Shown: positions 44,401 to 58,070, counted from the first letter of the stretch. The stretch: 64,000 bases of DNA from Malacoraja senta (GCA_038087875.1 CM075989.1:3286001-3350000), one strand, 5' to 3'. The notes: generated by a model not told the origin, from the letters alone. Numbers and translations are program-made.

Positions 44401-46107
44401 CTGTGTGGCAAAATAGTGGAAGATGTATCACAGTCCTGCTCTTGATGGTACCCAATGAAAATGTAGGACAGATCAGTGGAAATTCTGTACCAGGGTTTTA
44501 CAAGAGCTGAAAACTGGGTGGCACTGAGGCACAGCAGATAGAGCCTGACAGCACCAGAGACCCGGTTCGATCCTGACCTCAGGTGCTCTCTGTGTGGAGT
44601 TTGCACGTTCTCTCTGTGACTGCATAGGTTTCCTCCAGGTGCTCCAGTTTCCTCCCACATCCCCCAGACGTGCAGGTTTGTGGGATAATCAGCCTCTGTA
44701 AATTGCCTCTGGCGTGCAGGGAGTGGATGAGAAAGTAGAATAACATGGGACTAGTGCGAATGGGTGATCGATGGCCGGCAGTGACTCTGTGGGCTGAAGG
44801 GCCTACCACCATGCTGTAGCTTATCATCAATCAATCAGAATAAAAACCCTTTGACAGTTCTTGAGCTAATTACACCAGCTCTTTGATCTAAACGGTGCTC
44901 GGCATAAGTGGAGCCTGTGAATGTTTTATCCATTATGCAAGAGCGCTGCAGGCACTGAACAAACACATCGTGACAGAGAAAGTTTGATAAGTATTTAAGA
45001 GAACAGCTTAATATCAAGTGTGGAAGCTATCAGCCTTTGAGTGTAAAGGGCTGTGTTTCGAGGGGTTCTCAGGTTTACATATTGCAGGCAGTTCAAAGCT
45101 GCACAGCCTGGGCCTAACCCTAATCCTACATGGACATCGTGTGCTTGGCCACCCCTCCTGGAGATCTGGTGGGGCACAGTGGTCCCCACATCAACTACAA
45201 TCCACCGTCTGACAATGAAATATGAATCAAGATGTCAAGATGTCACATGTTCACGAGCCAGAGGCAATTTAAATTTAATTTGAAAAGGAATTAACATCCA
45301 AACTGTTTTTACCTCAGAACCACTTTAGCTGAACCTTGTGCATCAAAGCACCTGCTCTCTTTACATCGACAAAGGCAAAGTAAACAGTGCTGCTGTATTT
45401 CTAGCCATTACACCTTGTTTAGGATTCACTGCTTTAGTGAGAAACACCCTTGCTTCCTGAACGGTCATCATTTATCTATCACCAATGGTGGAGACAGCTT
45501 TAGTCATAGCCAGCTAATCATGAGAGGAATAGATCGGGTAGATGCACAGAGTCTCTTGCCCAGAGTACGTGAATCGAGGACCAGAGGATATAGGTTTAAG
45601 GTGAAGGGGAAAGGATTTAATAGGAATCTGAGGGGTAACTTTTGCACGCAAATGATGGTGGGTGTATGGAACAAGCTGCCAGAGGAGGTAGTTGAGGCTG
45701 GGACTATCCCATCGTTTAAGAAACAATTAGCAGGTACATGGATAGGTTTGGAGGGATATGGACCAAATGCACGTAGGTGGGACTAGTGTAGCTGGGACAT
45801 GTTGGGCCGAAGGGCCTGTTTCTACACTGCATCACTCTAACCATCTCAACATCTGGTCCATTTAGCATGAAGGGTGTTGAATTGATTGAAGTGAGTTGAA
45901 ATGAAAGTTACAGCATGGAAACGAGTCTTCAGCCCACTGACTCCACGCCGATCAGCGCTCACTGTTCACACTAGTTCTATCTTATCGCACTTTCACAAAC
46001 TCAATGCTAGCATTTATTTCAAGAGGGCTTGTACACAAAAACAGGGATGTAACGCTGAGTCTCTATAAGGCACTGGTCAGGCCGCATTTGGAATATGGTG
46101 AGCAATT

Positions 46108-47912
46108 TTGTCCAAAAACGCACAAAATTCCAAGGTCCTTTTTAACACCATCACCTCCATCATCTGTCCTGCCCCCAGCACCAGCCTAACTGGGTCCCCT
46201 GCTAAGTGCGAGGAATTTACCACATTTTTCACCAGCAAGGTAAAGAACATAAGAACGAATATTTCCCCTCCCACCCGTGACCTGGCTGTCTCATTGGTCT
46301 GCTCTTCAAAATTAGACAATTTCCAACCCGTTACTCTACCCTCCCTTGTAAAACTGATCACCACCATGAAACCTACTACCTGCCCCCTCGACACTGTCCC
46401 CTCTGCCCTCCTAAAGGACGTCATTACAACAGCTGGTCCCAGCATCCTCGCCATCTTCAACAGCTCTCTGGCCACTGGCACTGTATCTACCTGCTTCAAG
46501 CATGCGGTGGTCCAACCACTCCTGAAAACACCTAACCTCGACCCCACCTTGCCAAGCAACTACAGACCCATTTCTAAACTGCCTTTCCTCTCAAAAGCCC
46601 TTGAAAAGGTAATTTTAAGTCAACTTATACCTTACCTTACCTTCAACTTATACCTTACCTTACCTTACCTTCACCTATCTTGGAAACTTTCCAATCAGGT
46701 TTCAGGGCTCACCATAGCACAGAGTCTGCCTTGTTGAAGGTACACAATGACCTACTGCTCACCGTTGACTCCGGCGACTGTGCAATTCTGCTCCTTCTTG
46801 ACCTCAGTGCAGCATTTGATACTGTTGACCACACCATCCTAATTGACCGTCTCCGGTACGGGGTTGGTATTGATGGCACTGCCCTGAGCTGGTTCATCTC
46901 CTACCTCAAAGGTAGGAGTTTCTCGACTAACATAGGCAACTCTTTCTCCTCCCCAGCTAATCTGTGCTGTGGGGTTCCACAAGGTTCCATCCTTGGCCCC
47001 ATTCTCTTCTCCCTGTATATGCTCCCCTTGGGCCAAGTCATTGAAAGGCACGGCATTTCCTTCCATTGCTACGCAGACGATACACAACTCTATCTCTCTC
47101 TGAAGCCCAAAAACCAATCAAATCTGTTTAACCTTACCCACTGCCTCGAGGATATAAAGTGTTGGATGGCCCAGAACTTCCTCCAACTAAACGAGAGTAA
47201 GTCTGAGGTCATCCTTCTCGGCCCCTCGGACTCAATCAAAATGATAGCAGGCAGCCTTGGAAGCCTTACCCCACTACTCAAACCTTACGTCAAAAACCTT
47301 GGCGTGATATTTGACTCAGCACTGAAATTTGACAAACAAGTCAATGCCGTGGTAAAAGCTAGCTTCTTTCAGCTTCGGACGATAGCTAAAATAAAACAAT
47401 TTCTCCAGTTTGATGACCTCGAAAAGATCATCCACACATTCATCTCCTCCCGCCTAGATTACTGCAACTCCCTTTACACTGGCATCAGCCAATCTTCCCT
47501 GTCCCGCCTGCAACTGGTCCAAAACGCCGCAGCGAGACTCGAAAATGGGACCCGAAAAAGGGACAACATCACCCCGATCCTGGCCTCTCTCCACTGGCTC
47601 CCTGTGCGGTTCCATATAAACTTCAAGATCCTCCTCCATGTCTACAAAGCCCTCAATGGGCTTGCCCCCACCTACATAAAAAGTCTTCTCACCCACCACT
47701 CCACCTCCAGGCCCCTCAGATCGGCCGACTTGGGGTTGTTGAATATCCCACGGTCTAGGCATAAGCTCAGGGGCGACCGCGCCTTTGCGGTTGCAGCCCC
47801 TAGACTGTGGAACAGCATCCCCTTTCCCATCAGAACTGCCCCCTCCATCGACTCTTTTAAGTCAAGACTAAAGACTTATCTATACTCCCAAGCCTTTCCT
47901 GACGTCCTCTGA
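46108..47912 (+). pseudogene. L2 ORF2 reverse transcriptase (one frameshift near 46630-46680)
   Basis: NYRPISKLPFLSKALEK; QSGFRAHHSTESAL; LDLSAAFDTVDH; GVPQGSILGP; YADDTQLY; DYCNSL; LHWLPV. Confidence 0.9.
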
Positions 47913-48051
47913 GTGAGGGCTACATGTATATATGTATGTAGTTTGTTTTGTTTGTGCTATTCTTATAACAAATGTAAAGCACTTTGGCCAACGAGAGTTG
48001 TTTTTTAAATGTGCTATATAAATAAATGTGACTTGACTTGACTTGACTTGA
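46111..48051 (+). mobile_element. L2-clade LINE, 5'-truncated, inserted in a CR1 fragment
   Basis: Near-intact ORF2 RT; (GACTT)n tail; imperfect TSD CAATTTTG/CAGTTTTG; CR1 flanks rejoin as RPHLEYGEQFW. Confidence 0.9.
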
Positions 48052-48565
48052 CAGTTTTGGGCACCAAATCTGAGGAAGGATGTGCTGCCTCTGGAGAGGG
48101 TCCAGAGGATGTTTACAAGAATGATCCAAGGAATGAGTAGGTTAACCTATGATGAGCGTTTGTCAGCACTGGGCCTGTACTCGCTGGAGATTAGAGGAAT
48201 GAAGGGAGGCTCATTGAAACATATAGAATAGTGAAAGGCTTGGATAGAGTGGATGTGGAGAGGATGTTTCCACTAGTGGGAAAGTCCTTAGCATTAAAGG
48301 ACGTTCTTTTAGGAAGGAGATGAGGAGAAATGTCTTTAGTCACAGGGTGGTGAATCTGTGGAATTCTTTGCCACAGAAGGCTGTTGAGGCCTAGTCAGTG
48401 GATATTTTTAAGGCAGAGATAGATAGATTCTTGGTTGCTACAGGTGTCAGAAGGCAGGAGAATGGGGCTAGGAGGCAGAGATAGATCAGCCATGATTGAA
48501 TGGTGGAGTAGACTTGATTGGCCGAATGGCCTAATTCTACTCCTATCACTTATGACCTTATGACC
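48052..48565 (+). mobile_element. CR1/HER1 3' portion (host of the L2 insertion)
   Basis: Continuation of 46003-46110; VVNLWNSLPQKAVEA. Confidence 0.8.
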
Positions 48566-48974
48566 TTCTCCACTCCCTACACACTAGAGGCAATTTACAG
48601 AGGGCCAATTAACCGACAAACCTGCACGTCTTTGTGAAGTGGGAGAAAGCCTGAGCACCCGGAGGAAACCCACTCGCCCACAGGGAAAACATGCAAACTC
48701 CACACAAACAGCACGCAAGGTAAGGATCAAAGCAATGTCTCTGGCGTGTGAGGCAGCTGCTCTACCCGCTGCACCACTGTGACGCCCTGGCTTGAGCTGT
48801 GATCGTGGGCAGAAGAATAGCGTTTAACTTGACATCATGATCAGCATGGACATTGTGGGCTGAAGGGCCTGTTCCTGTGCTGTACTGTTTTACTGTCCTA
48901 CCATTGAGCTTGTCCTTCCATAACCAGACTTATGTCTCTTGGATCCTAATCCATTAGCTGGCTTGCATTCTGTA

Positions 48975-49650
48975 GTTTAGTTTATTGTCACGTGTACCAA
49001 GGTACAGTGAAAGGCTTTTTAGTTGCTTGCTAGCCAGTCAGCAGAAAGACAATACATGATTACAATTGAGCTGTCCACAGTGTACAATACATAATAAAGA
49101 GATAGTGTATAGTGCAAGATAAAGTCCAGTAAAGCCCAATTATAGATAGTCCGAGGGTCTTCAATAAGGTAGGAAGTAGTTCTGGACCGCTCTCTAGTTG
49201 TTGATGGTTCAGTTGCCTGATAACAGCTGGGATGAAACAGTCCCTGAATCTGGAGGTGTGCGCTTTCACACTTCTGTACCTGTTGCCTGATGGGCGAGGG
49301 GAAAAGTGGGAGTGGCCGGGGTGAGTGATCCTTCATTATGCTGCTGGCCTTGCCGAGATAGCGTGAGGTATAAATGGAGTCAATGGAAGGAAGGTTGGTT
49401 TGTGTGATGGTCTGGGCTGCGTCCACAATTCTCTGCAATTTCCTGTGGTCTTAGATGGAGCTGTTCCAAATCCATGCTTTGATGCACCCCAATAAAATGC
49501 TTTCTACGGCGCATTTGTCCAAGTTGGTGAGAGTTGTTGGGGGCATGCTGAACTTCCTAAGCCTTCTAAGGAAGTAGAGGTGTTGGTGTGTTTTCTCGGT
49601 CATGGCTGGTCCAGGAAGTTGCTGGTGGTATTTACTGCATGAAGCTTTCA
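48975..49650 (-). mobile_element. Rex1/Babar-like LINE 3' fragment
   Basis: HQHLYFLRRLRKF..CAVESIL; QRIVDAAQTITQTNLPSIDSIY. Confidence 0.85.
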
Positions 49651-50044
49651 ACCTTCTCTACTTCAGTGGTGTCAATGTACACAGGGGTATGTCCATCGCT
49701 AAGCTTCCTGACTCTGCACAGGGAAAGACTCAGATCGGGTGATCGCATTGAGAAGCACCGTGGTCAGTTTAGTTTAGTTTAGTTTGGTTTGGAAATACAG
49801 CGCGGAAACAGGTCTTTCGACCCACCGAGTCCTCACCGACCAACAATCCCCACACATTAACACACAAGAGGGACAATTTACACTTTTACCAATTTACACT
49901 TATACCCAAGTAAATACCAATTTACACTTATACCAACACTTATACTCTACAAACCTGTACGTCTTTGGAGTGTGAGAGGAAACCAAAGATCTCGGAGAAA
50001 ACCCACGCAGGTCACGGGGAGAACGTACAAACTCCGTAAAGGCG

Positions 50045-50755
50045 AGGCGAGACCTGGGTGTCCTTGTACATCAGTCACTGAAAGAAAACATGCAGGTACA
50101 GCAGGCAGTGAAGAAAGCTAATGAAGAAAAGCTTCATTGCGAGAGGATTTGAGTTTAGGAGCAAGGAGGTCCTACAGCAGATGTACAGGGCCCTGGTGAG
50201 ACCACACCTGGAGTATTGTGTGCAATTATGGTCTCCTAATTTGAGGAAGGACATTCTTGCTATTGAAGGAGTGCAGTGTAGGTTCATCAGGTTAATTCCC
50301 GGGATGGCTGGACTGACATATGATGAAAGAATGGATCGACTGGGCTTGTGTTCACTGGAATTTAGGATGAGAGGGGATCTTATAGAAACATATAAAATTC
50401 TTAAGGGACTGGACTGGCTAGATGCAGGAAAAATGTTCCTGATGTTGGGGGAGTCCAGAACCAGGGGTCACAGTTTAAGAATAAGGGGTAGGCCATTTGG
50501 ACTGAGATGAGGAAAAACTTTTTCACCCAGAGAGTTGTGAATCTGTGGAATTCTCTGCCACTGAGGGCAGTGGAAGCCCATTTACTGGATGTTTTCAAGA
50601 GAGAGTTAGAGTTATCTCTTCGAGCTAATGGAATCAAGGGATATGGGGAGAAAGCAGGAACGGGGTACTGATTTTGGATGATCAGCCATGATCATATTGA
50701 ATGGCGGTGCTGGCTCGAAGGGCCGAATGGCCTACTCCTGCATCTGATTTCTATG
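50045..50755 (+). mobile_element. CR1/HER1 3' fragment
   Basis: ORF 50121..50510 YRALVRPHLEYCVQLWSP..RMRGDLIETYKIL. Confidence 0.9.
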
Positions 50756-52159
50756 TCTACCTCTATCGCTGCACCACCGTGCCGCCCGGCAGTCTGCAGA
50801 GCGGACCCAAACGTTGCGGCTGCCATCATTGTATTTCCCTGTCCCCACTCTGCTCTCTCTGGGACTGGCTTCCTGCACGCTCTCAAGGAGGGCCAGGAAC
50901 ACCTGATCTTCTGCCGGGGCACACTGCAGCCCTCTGGACTCAGCACCAAATTCTCCAACTCCCAGTGAGTTATTCCGCGGCCTAATATCAGAAATGGTCG
51001 TGTCTGCCCTACTTCAGCCATCTGCGATCCGGCTCGGTTTTGCTCTCTCCATCAGTACAGTCCGACCTGCCAGGCATGGCCCACAGCCATTAGCTTCAAG
51101 GTTAATTAGGTTTATTAGGTTCAAGTTTATTCTTTTGTTTTGCATACAATCCTATCAGATCAGATACACAATACATAAATGCAACCAAGTACAATAAATA
51201 GAGGAAAAGGGACGATAGTGCAGAAATACAATTCCCAGCTTTGTAGCGCATCAGTTCCATGGACAAAGTCCATGGGCAATGGGGTAGAGATGAATCGGAC
51301 AACCCTTTGTCTTATCTGAAGAAGGGTCTCGATCCAAAACGTCACCCATTCCTTCTCTCCAGAGACGCTGCCTGTCCCGCTGAGTTACTCTGGCATTTTG
51401 TGTCTATCTTTGTACTATCACCTTGTTGCTACCCACATTAATGCTTACAATTCTGAAATTAATCCCAGGGAACCCTGTCCTCCCCATCACTGAGTATAGA
51501 ACACACACTGCAGCACAGGAGCAGGCCCTTCAGCCCACAATGTCCATGCGGAACATGATGGCAAGTTAAACTAATCTCATCTGCCTGCCCATGTATCTAT
51601 CTGAAAGCTTTTAAATGCACCTATCGTATCTGCCTCCACCACCACCCCCTGGCAGTGGATTCCAGACACCCGCCACTCGATCCTGACTACGGGTGCAGTC
51701 TGTACGGAAAACCACGAGGGGAAAACCCACGCAGGTCACTGGGAGAACGTACAAACTCCGTACGGACAGCACCCGTAGTCAGGATCAAACCCTGGTCTCT
51801 GGTCCTGTGGGGCAGCAACTCTACTGCTATGCCACCGTGCCACCCTTAAATCTGTTGCCAGGTAATTGAACCGTCATCTCACCAGCTAGAGTGCGGTCCT
51901 GACCTCCCATCTACCTCATTGGAAAGCTTTGAACTATCTTTAATTGGACTGTGCAGATACAGGATAAAGGGTATATCATTTAGTGAGAGATAAAGACTTT
52001 ATCTTGCACAAATTATATACCCTTTATCCTGTACACTGTAGACAACTTGATTGTAATCTTGTGCAGTCTTTTCATTGACTGGATAGCATGCAACAAAAAT
52101 GTTGTGGGATGACACCTGTATGGTCGTGGGTAGTGGCTCAAAGAGTAGTACCTTTTTCT

Positions 52160-53587
52160 TTTCTTTTTTTCTTTTTTTTTTTTGATTAATATTTTTATTA
52201 GAAGCAAACATATTATAAAGTACAGTAACATATTATAATAGAAAAAACAAATTTTCATATACATCAATCATACATTATTAAAATTGTCAATTGTCGATTA
52301 ATTCTGTTTCTAGTGTTTTTTAAAAATATAGATAGAAAAAGAGAGGTAGAAAGAAAAAAAGCATTACAAATATCGGGGGGAAAAAAGAGGTGGAATAAGT
52401 TACTTATAATACGTCATTGGAGATAAGTTCGTAGGTTATGAAATATAATTTTACATCTAATCCTGAGTTCAAGCTTCAGTTGGGTTTTCGTGCTGGGCCC
52501 ATCTATCCCTTCAAATAGTTAATGAATGGAGCCCATATTTTAACAAAAGTTCTTGTTTGTCCATTAAGACAAGTCTAATTCTTTCCACAATCCACATTTT
52601 AATTGTGGGGGTTATAGGACCTTTCCAAAATTTTAATATTCATTTTTTCCCAGTTATTATACTGTAGTCAAGGAAGTTTCGTTGGCTTGTTGTGAGTGTT
52701 AAACTTTGTTCTGATATCCCAAGTATTATTAATTTTGAGTCTGGATCCAATTTAGTATAAACAACTTCAGAAATTATTTCAAAAATATCAATCCAGAAAT
52801 TTTTGATTTTTATACAATTTGCAAAGGTATGTGTTAAATTGGCCTCTAGATGTAGGCATTTATCACAGATAGGAGAAATATGTGGGAAGATTCTATTTAG
52901 TTTTATTTTGGAGTAATGTAATCTGTGTAAGACTTTAAATTGTATTAAAGCATGTCTGGCATTTAACGAGCATTGATGTATATGTTGTAAACTTTCGTCC
53001 CAAATGTCTTTCGTTATAGAGTGACCTAACTCATGTTCCCATGTGTGTCTATATAGTTCCATCGGTGGTACCTCATTGTTTAAGAGGGTGTTATAAATAT
53101 AAGCTATTAATTTTTCAGTGTTAGGATGCTTATTCAAACATTCATAAAGAATTTCTGCTTCCCTAGTCCTATATACTTGTGTATTAGATTTAACATAATC
53201 TCTTAATTTGTAGATATCTGAAAAAATTATTTGAGTGTAGTCCATAATTCTGTTGTAACTCTTGAAATGACAGAAAGATGCCTTCCCTATAAAGATGTCC
53301 AATCTTTTTAATTCCATAATTTTTCCATTGTATAAAACCTCTATCCAATATGGATGGCTTGAATAAAGGATTATTTACAATGGGAAGACATAGTGGTATA
53401 TTATTCAGTTTTAAAGCTTTTTTAAATTGTTTCCAAATTCGTATTCCACTATGTATTATAGGGTTTTCCTTATAGGTTTTTTTATGCAATTTTGTGGGAG
53501 CAAATATAATCGAACCAATTTCAAAAGGTAAACAGTCTTCCTTTTCCATCCTTAACCATTCTGGATATTGATCCATTTCTTCCAGCC
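52160..53587 (-). mobile_element. L1-clade LINE, 5'-truncated, poly(A)-tailed, 18-bp TSD
   Basis: ORFs 53190..53576 and 52640..53317(-) with LIQFKVLHRLHYS..CDKC..NLTHTFANC zinc motif; T-run at 52160-52183; TSD AGAGT(A/C)GTACCTTTTTCT at 52142-59 and 53588-605. Confidence 0.9.
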
Positions 53588-53834
53588 AGAGTCGTACCTT
53601 TTTCTGGTTGTCGCTGGATTTTCAACGTTTTGAAAATTTTCGGCGACCTGCTGCGGCTATGACGGGTGCCGGCAAGTCGCCGAGAAAATCGCGTAACACG
53701 ACAAGCTGCCAGAGGAAGTGTGAGAGGCAAGTACAAGTCAGTTGGACAGGTTCATGATCAGGAAAGGTTCAGAGGGACATGGGCAAAATGCAGGCAAATG
53801 AGACCTGCTCATGAATACACCTTGGTCGCGATGG

Positions 53835-54110
53835 GGTTTAGTTTAGAGATACAGCGCAGAAACAGGCCCTTCAGCCCACCGAATCCACGCCGACCAGCGA
53901 TCTCCATACACTAGCACTATCCTGCACACCCTAGGGCCAATTTACAATCTTTACCAAAGCCAAATTAACCTATAAACCTGGACTTCTTTGGATTGTGGGA
54001 GGAAACCGGAGCACCTGAGGAAAACCCACGCTGTCACAGGGAGAACATACAAACTCGGTACCGTCAGGATCCAACCCGGGTCTCTGGCGCTGTAAAGCCG
54101 CAACTCTTTT
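53835..54110 (-). mobile_element. HE1-like SINE
   Basis: Reverse complement of core and tail. Confidence 0.8.
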
Positions 54111-54833
54111 AGTTAGTTGGGCCGCAGGGCCAGTTACTTATGGAAAGAAAGTCCTAAACCAAAGGGCAACTGGAAGGTGAAAATCTCAGCCAAAATATGT
54201 TGTGGGAAGCAGTCTTTGGAGACATTAAAATGAAATGCAACTAATGCTTGATAAAAAGTAGAGATCTCCACGGGGAATGAGTTAGAGAGATGAATTAAAC
54301 TAGGTAATTCATGTGGAGACAAGAATAAGCAAGTAATTGATGTTTCTATGATCCCATTTGCTCTCAAATATACTTGGCTGTCAGATTAGACAGGAGCTGT
54401 CTGGCTCAGTGAGTGAGAAAGCCCAGTGCCACAAAGCTCCATTAGAACCAACCAAAGGAAGACACAAAATGCTGGAGTAACTCAGCGGGACAGGCAGCAT
54501 CTCTGGAGAGAAGGAATGGGTAACGATACGGGGCGAGATCCTTCTTCAGGCCCAAATCGTCACCCATTCCTTCTCTTCTATCTTCGATGTAAACCAGCAT
54601 CTGCAGTTCCTCCCTGTGCACTGTGTTTACATTTGTGCCTTACAAGGTCATAAGGCCATAAGTGATAGGAACAGAATTAGGCCATTCGGCCCATCAAGTC
54701 TACTCTGCCATTCAATCATGGCTGATCTATCTCTCCCTCCTAACCGCATTCTCCTACCACCTCTCCATAACCCCTGTCACCTGTACTAATCAGGAATCTA
54801 TCTATCTCTGCCTTAAAAATATCAATTGAGTTA

Positions 54834-55358
54834 AGGGCCTGTCCCACTTGCATGCGATTGCAGACGTTTGGCGCGACCAAACGGAAGCGGAGTTGGCGCT
54901 AAGTCTGCGGTAAGTACGCGCTAAGTTCGCGCGTGACGTAATTCGCGTCATACTCACCAATCAGCTGGGCAAGAGGCGGGCCGACTGAATTTGAGCGTCG
55001 CATGGCGTCGGGCGGGGACATCATCACGCAACGCCACACCGGGCGGTGACGTCATCGTGCAATGCCACCGCTGAGCGTACGCCATCAAGGCGCTGTGTAC
55101 GACGTCAAGACCCTGCGTACACCGTCAAGACGCTGCGTACGCCCTCAATGCGCCTGTGGGCCGACAGGCCGTTGGCGTGCGAACTTTTCGGACAGTGCGG
55201 GATTTTCGGAGCCCCGCGCGATGTCGGGACCAGCCCCGCACAACTCCATACGTCTCCGCGCTTGGAAGTGGGTCCGGCCCCGCGCGGCCCGTACGCCTCA
55301 AGCGACCACGTTTGGTCGCGCCAGACACATGCAATCGCATGCAAGTGGGACAGGCCCT
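54834..55358. mobile_element. CpG-rich PIF/Harbinger MITE (525 bp) inserted in a CR1 3' fragment
   Basis: TTA TSD (54831-33, 55359-61); TIRs agggcctgtcccacttgcatgcgattgca / tgcaatcgcatgcaagtgggacaggccct. Confidence 0.9.
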
Positions 55359-57244
55359 TTAGCCTCCACAGTCTTCTGTGACAAAGAATTCCACAGATTC
55401 ACCACCCTCTGAATAAAGAAATTCCTCCTCACCTCCTTCCTAAAGGTAGTCCTTTAATTCTGTGGCTATCACCTCTATTCCTAGACTCTCCCATGAGTGC
55501 AAACATCCCCAGAAGTAAGACTGATTTGCAATGTGGTAGGGGCAGTGGTACACTGTTCTGTAGTGCAGGCTGCATATACCTTTCCGTATACCTGAGCTGC
55601 GATACATAATGACGTATGCCTTCCACAGACAACATTTCCTAGGATGGAACTGCAGGTGCTGGTTTACACCAAAGATAGACAGAAAATGCTGGAGTAACTC
55701 AGCGGGACAGGCAGCATCTCTGGAGAGAAGGAATAGGTAAAGTTTCAGTCAGTCTGAAGAAGGGACTCGACCCGAATCGTCGCCTATTCCTTCTTTCCAT
55801 AGATGCTGCCTGACCCGGTGAGTTTCTCCAGCATTTTTGTCTACCTTTGATTTTTCCAGCATCAGCAGTTCTTCTTAAACACAACAGGCCGAGACCCTTC
55901 TCCAGTTTAAGATGCTGCCTGACCTATTGAGTTACTCCAGCATTTAGTGTCTATCTTCTATGCATTCTGCAATCTGTATAGCAGCAGAGTGCAACATGGT
56001 ACGCCATCCATACTATTGTTTTACTTCGGAGTCACGTGAGTGAATCCGTGAAGAAGCCCCGCCAGTCCGCATGCGCGTCATTACGTCGTTTGCTCGTGCC
56101 AGCGGTAAGTTTAAACCTGCAGGTAAGTTTTGTATTCTTTACCAGGTTGTGTTTTTCTTGCAGGAATCTCTTTGTATAAGAGGTTTCCTGCTGGATATGT
56201 CGGGGCGATGTCTGGACGGGCTGCGGGAAACCGGTTATGGGCCATGGGGAATCGACACTCCGGTCAGCACCGCGGAAGCGCGGGTAACCGGCGGGCCGTC
56301 GGGTTCGCTGCCGCAGTGACCGCTGTGGTTCCCGTGGAGGGGGTGAATCCAGCAGCGGTATCGCCACCAGAGTCGCTGACAGTGTGGTCAGCAGCTTCCA
56401 GACCGCTGTGGTTCTCGTGGAGGAGATATATCCAGGAGCGGTGTCGCCACCAGAGTCACTGACAGTGTGATCAGCGGGTCCCAGACCGATGGTGCGCCTA
56501 TGAAAGGAGGTGAATCCAACAGTGAGTCGGTCAGGCCTGTGGACTCGGGGAGTCGGGCCAGGATGGTTCCCCTCCTTCAATGGGTAACGTCTTCGGACGT
56601 TTGGCCCACATGGAGCACCTGATGGACAGGTTGCTCCACAATGGTACGCTCCAAAGGAGGGAGGTATCAGCCCAGGTCTCCTTGGCTGTTTCAGGGCTGT
56701 CCAGAGGAGATGTTCCAGCAAGAGAAGCATTATATCCGCGGGTCTCCTCGGGGGCCTGTGGCAGCAGCACCTGTAGAAGGGCTGCATGATGTCTCCCTCT
56801 TGGAGGAGGTGAGCACACGGAGTCAGTTTTGTTCTGACTCCGAGATCGGAGGTATAGCTGATGAGCTCCGAGATCGGAGGTATAGCTGCGGGACCCGGAG
56901 CTGGGGCAGCTGATGAGCAGACCACGAGGCAGGGCCCTGCGACAGCACCTGTTCAGGGCTGTCTACCAATCTCCATCTCAGTGGAGGGGAGTGCGAGTGG
57001 TCAGTGGGTAACTGACTTCAAATTCTAAAGTATGTCCGTGGAACGTACTGGAGCACATGCGTATGGATTCAAGAGAGTCCTCGCAAACGAAGGTGGCAGG
57101 ATACCCGGAAGGGGCCAGAGTTCCCCTCATGCTATAAGTGCCGGGAATGAACAGCGCTATCAGGGGTGACATTAAAGACCAGCCGTCGAATCTTCTCTTC
57201 AGGTAAGACCTATTCAACAGGTAAAACCAGGATGAGGAAGCAAA

Positions 57245-58070
57245 ATCCGGAAGTGGCGGCGCTGTTTAACAGCTGCGGCTCGCCTGCAGTCCGTCTGTCT
57301 TTACTTTTTTTCTGTTGTTTTTTTTGTCTTGTTTTGGTTACGTTTTAGTTTGTTGGGTTGTGTTAGGGGGGTGAAACATGTTCTCTGTCTCTTCCTTCGG
57401 GGGAATGCGACTTTTTCGTGTCGTATCCCCCTTCTCTGCCTCCGTCTGCGCTGAGGCCTAATGGCGGAGCTGGCGGCCTCCAACCTGCGACCGACACCGA
57501 GGCTACGGAGGCAGAGCCAGCCAGGACTTACCAACGAGAGGCTGGCCGTCTTCGGGGCTGAGGCAGCGGTGGCCCGACTTGCTGGTGCGGCGTTCTGGCT
57601 TTCGGCGGCGGCCTGGAGCTGATACAGCGGGGTCTGGAGCGGAGACTGCAGGACCCGGAGCTGGGGCAGCGGCCTGGAGCGGAGACTGCGGGACCCGGAG
57701 CTGGGGCAGCGGCCTGGAGCTGGGGCGGCGGCCCGGAGCTGATGCTGTGGCGGGCCGTCTCGGAGCGGAGACGGCGTTCCGGCTTTCGGCGGCGGCGACA
57801 TCACCACGGAGGTCCGCTGGACTGGAGGGCGGCATCTTCGGCCTGGATCGATCGCCTCAGCGCAGAGGGAGAACAAGGAGGGAAGAGACGGAGACTAAGA
57901 CTTTGCCTCCATCACAGTGAGGATGTGCTTGGTTAACTCACTGTGGTGGATGTTTAATTTGTGTTTATTGTATGTTTTGTTATTATTGGTTCTGTGTATG
58001 ACTGCAGGCAACATAATTTCGTTCAGACCGAAAGGTCTGAATGACAATAAAGGAATCTATCTATCTATCT
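57245..58070 (+). mobile_element. GC-rich non-autonomous retroposon inserted in the DIRS; internal 40-bp tandem repeat; (ATCT)n tail
   Basis: Head ggaagtggcggcgctg; repeats ggagcggagactgc.ggacccggagctggggcagcggcct; caataaa followed by atct tail. Confidence 0.65.

Noticed and set aside
56032..56925. 297-aa minus-strand ORF
   Set aside because: Antisense to the GC-rich DIRS gag region with ~82-bp tandem repeats; no recognisable domain
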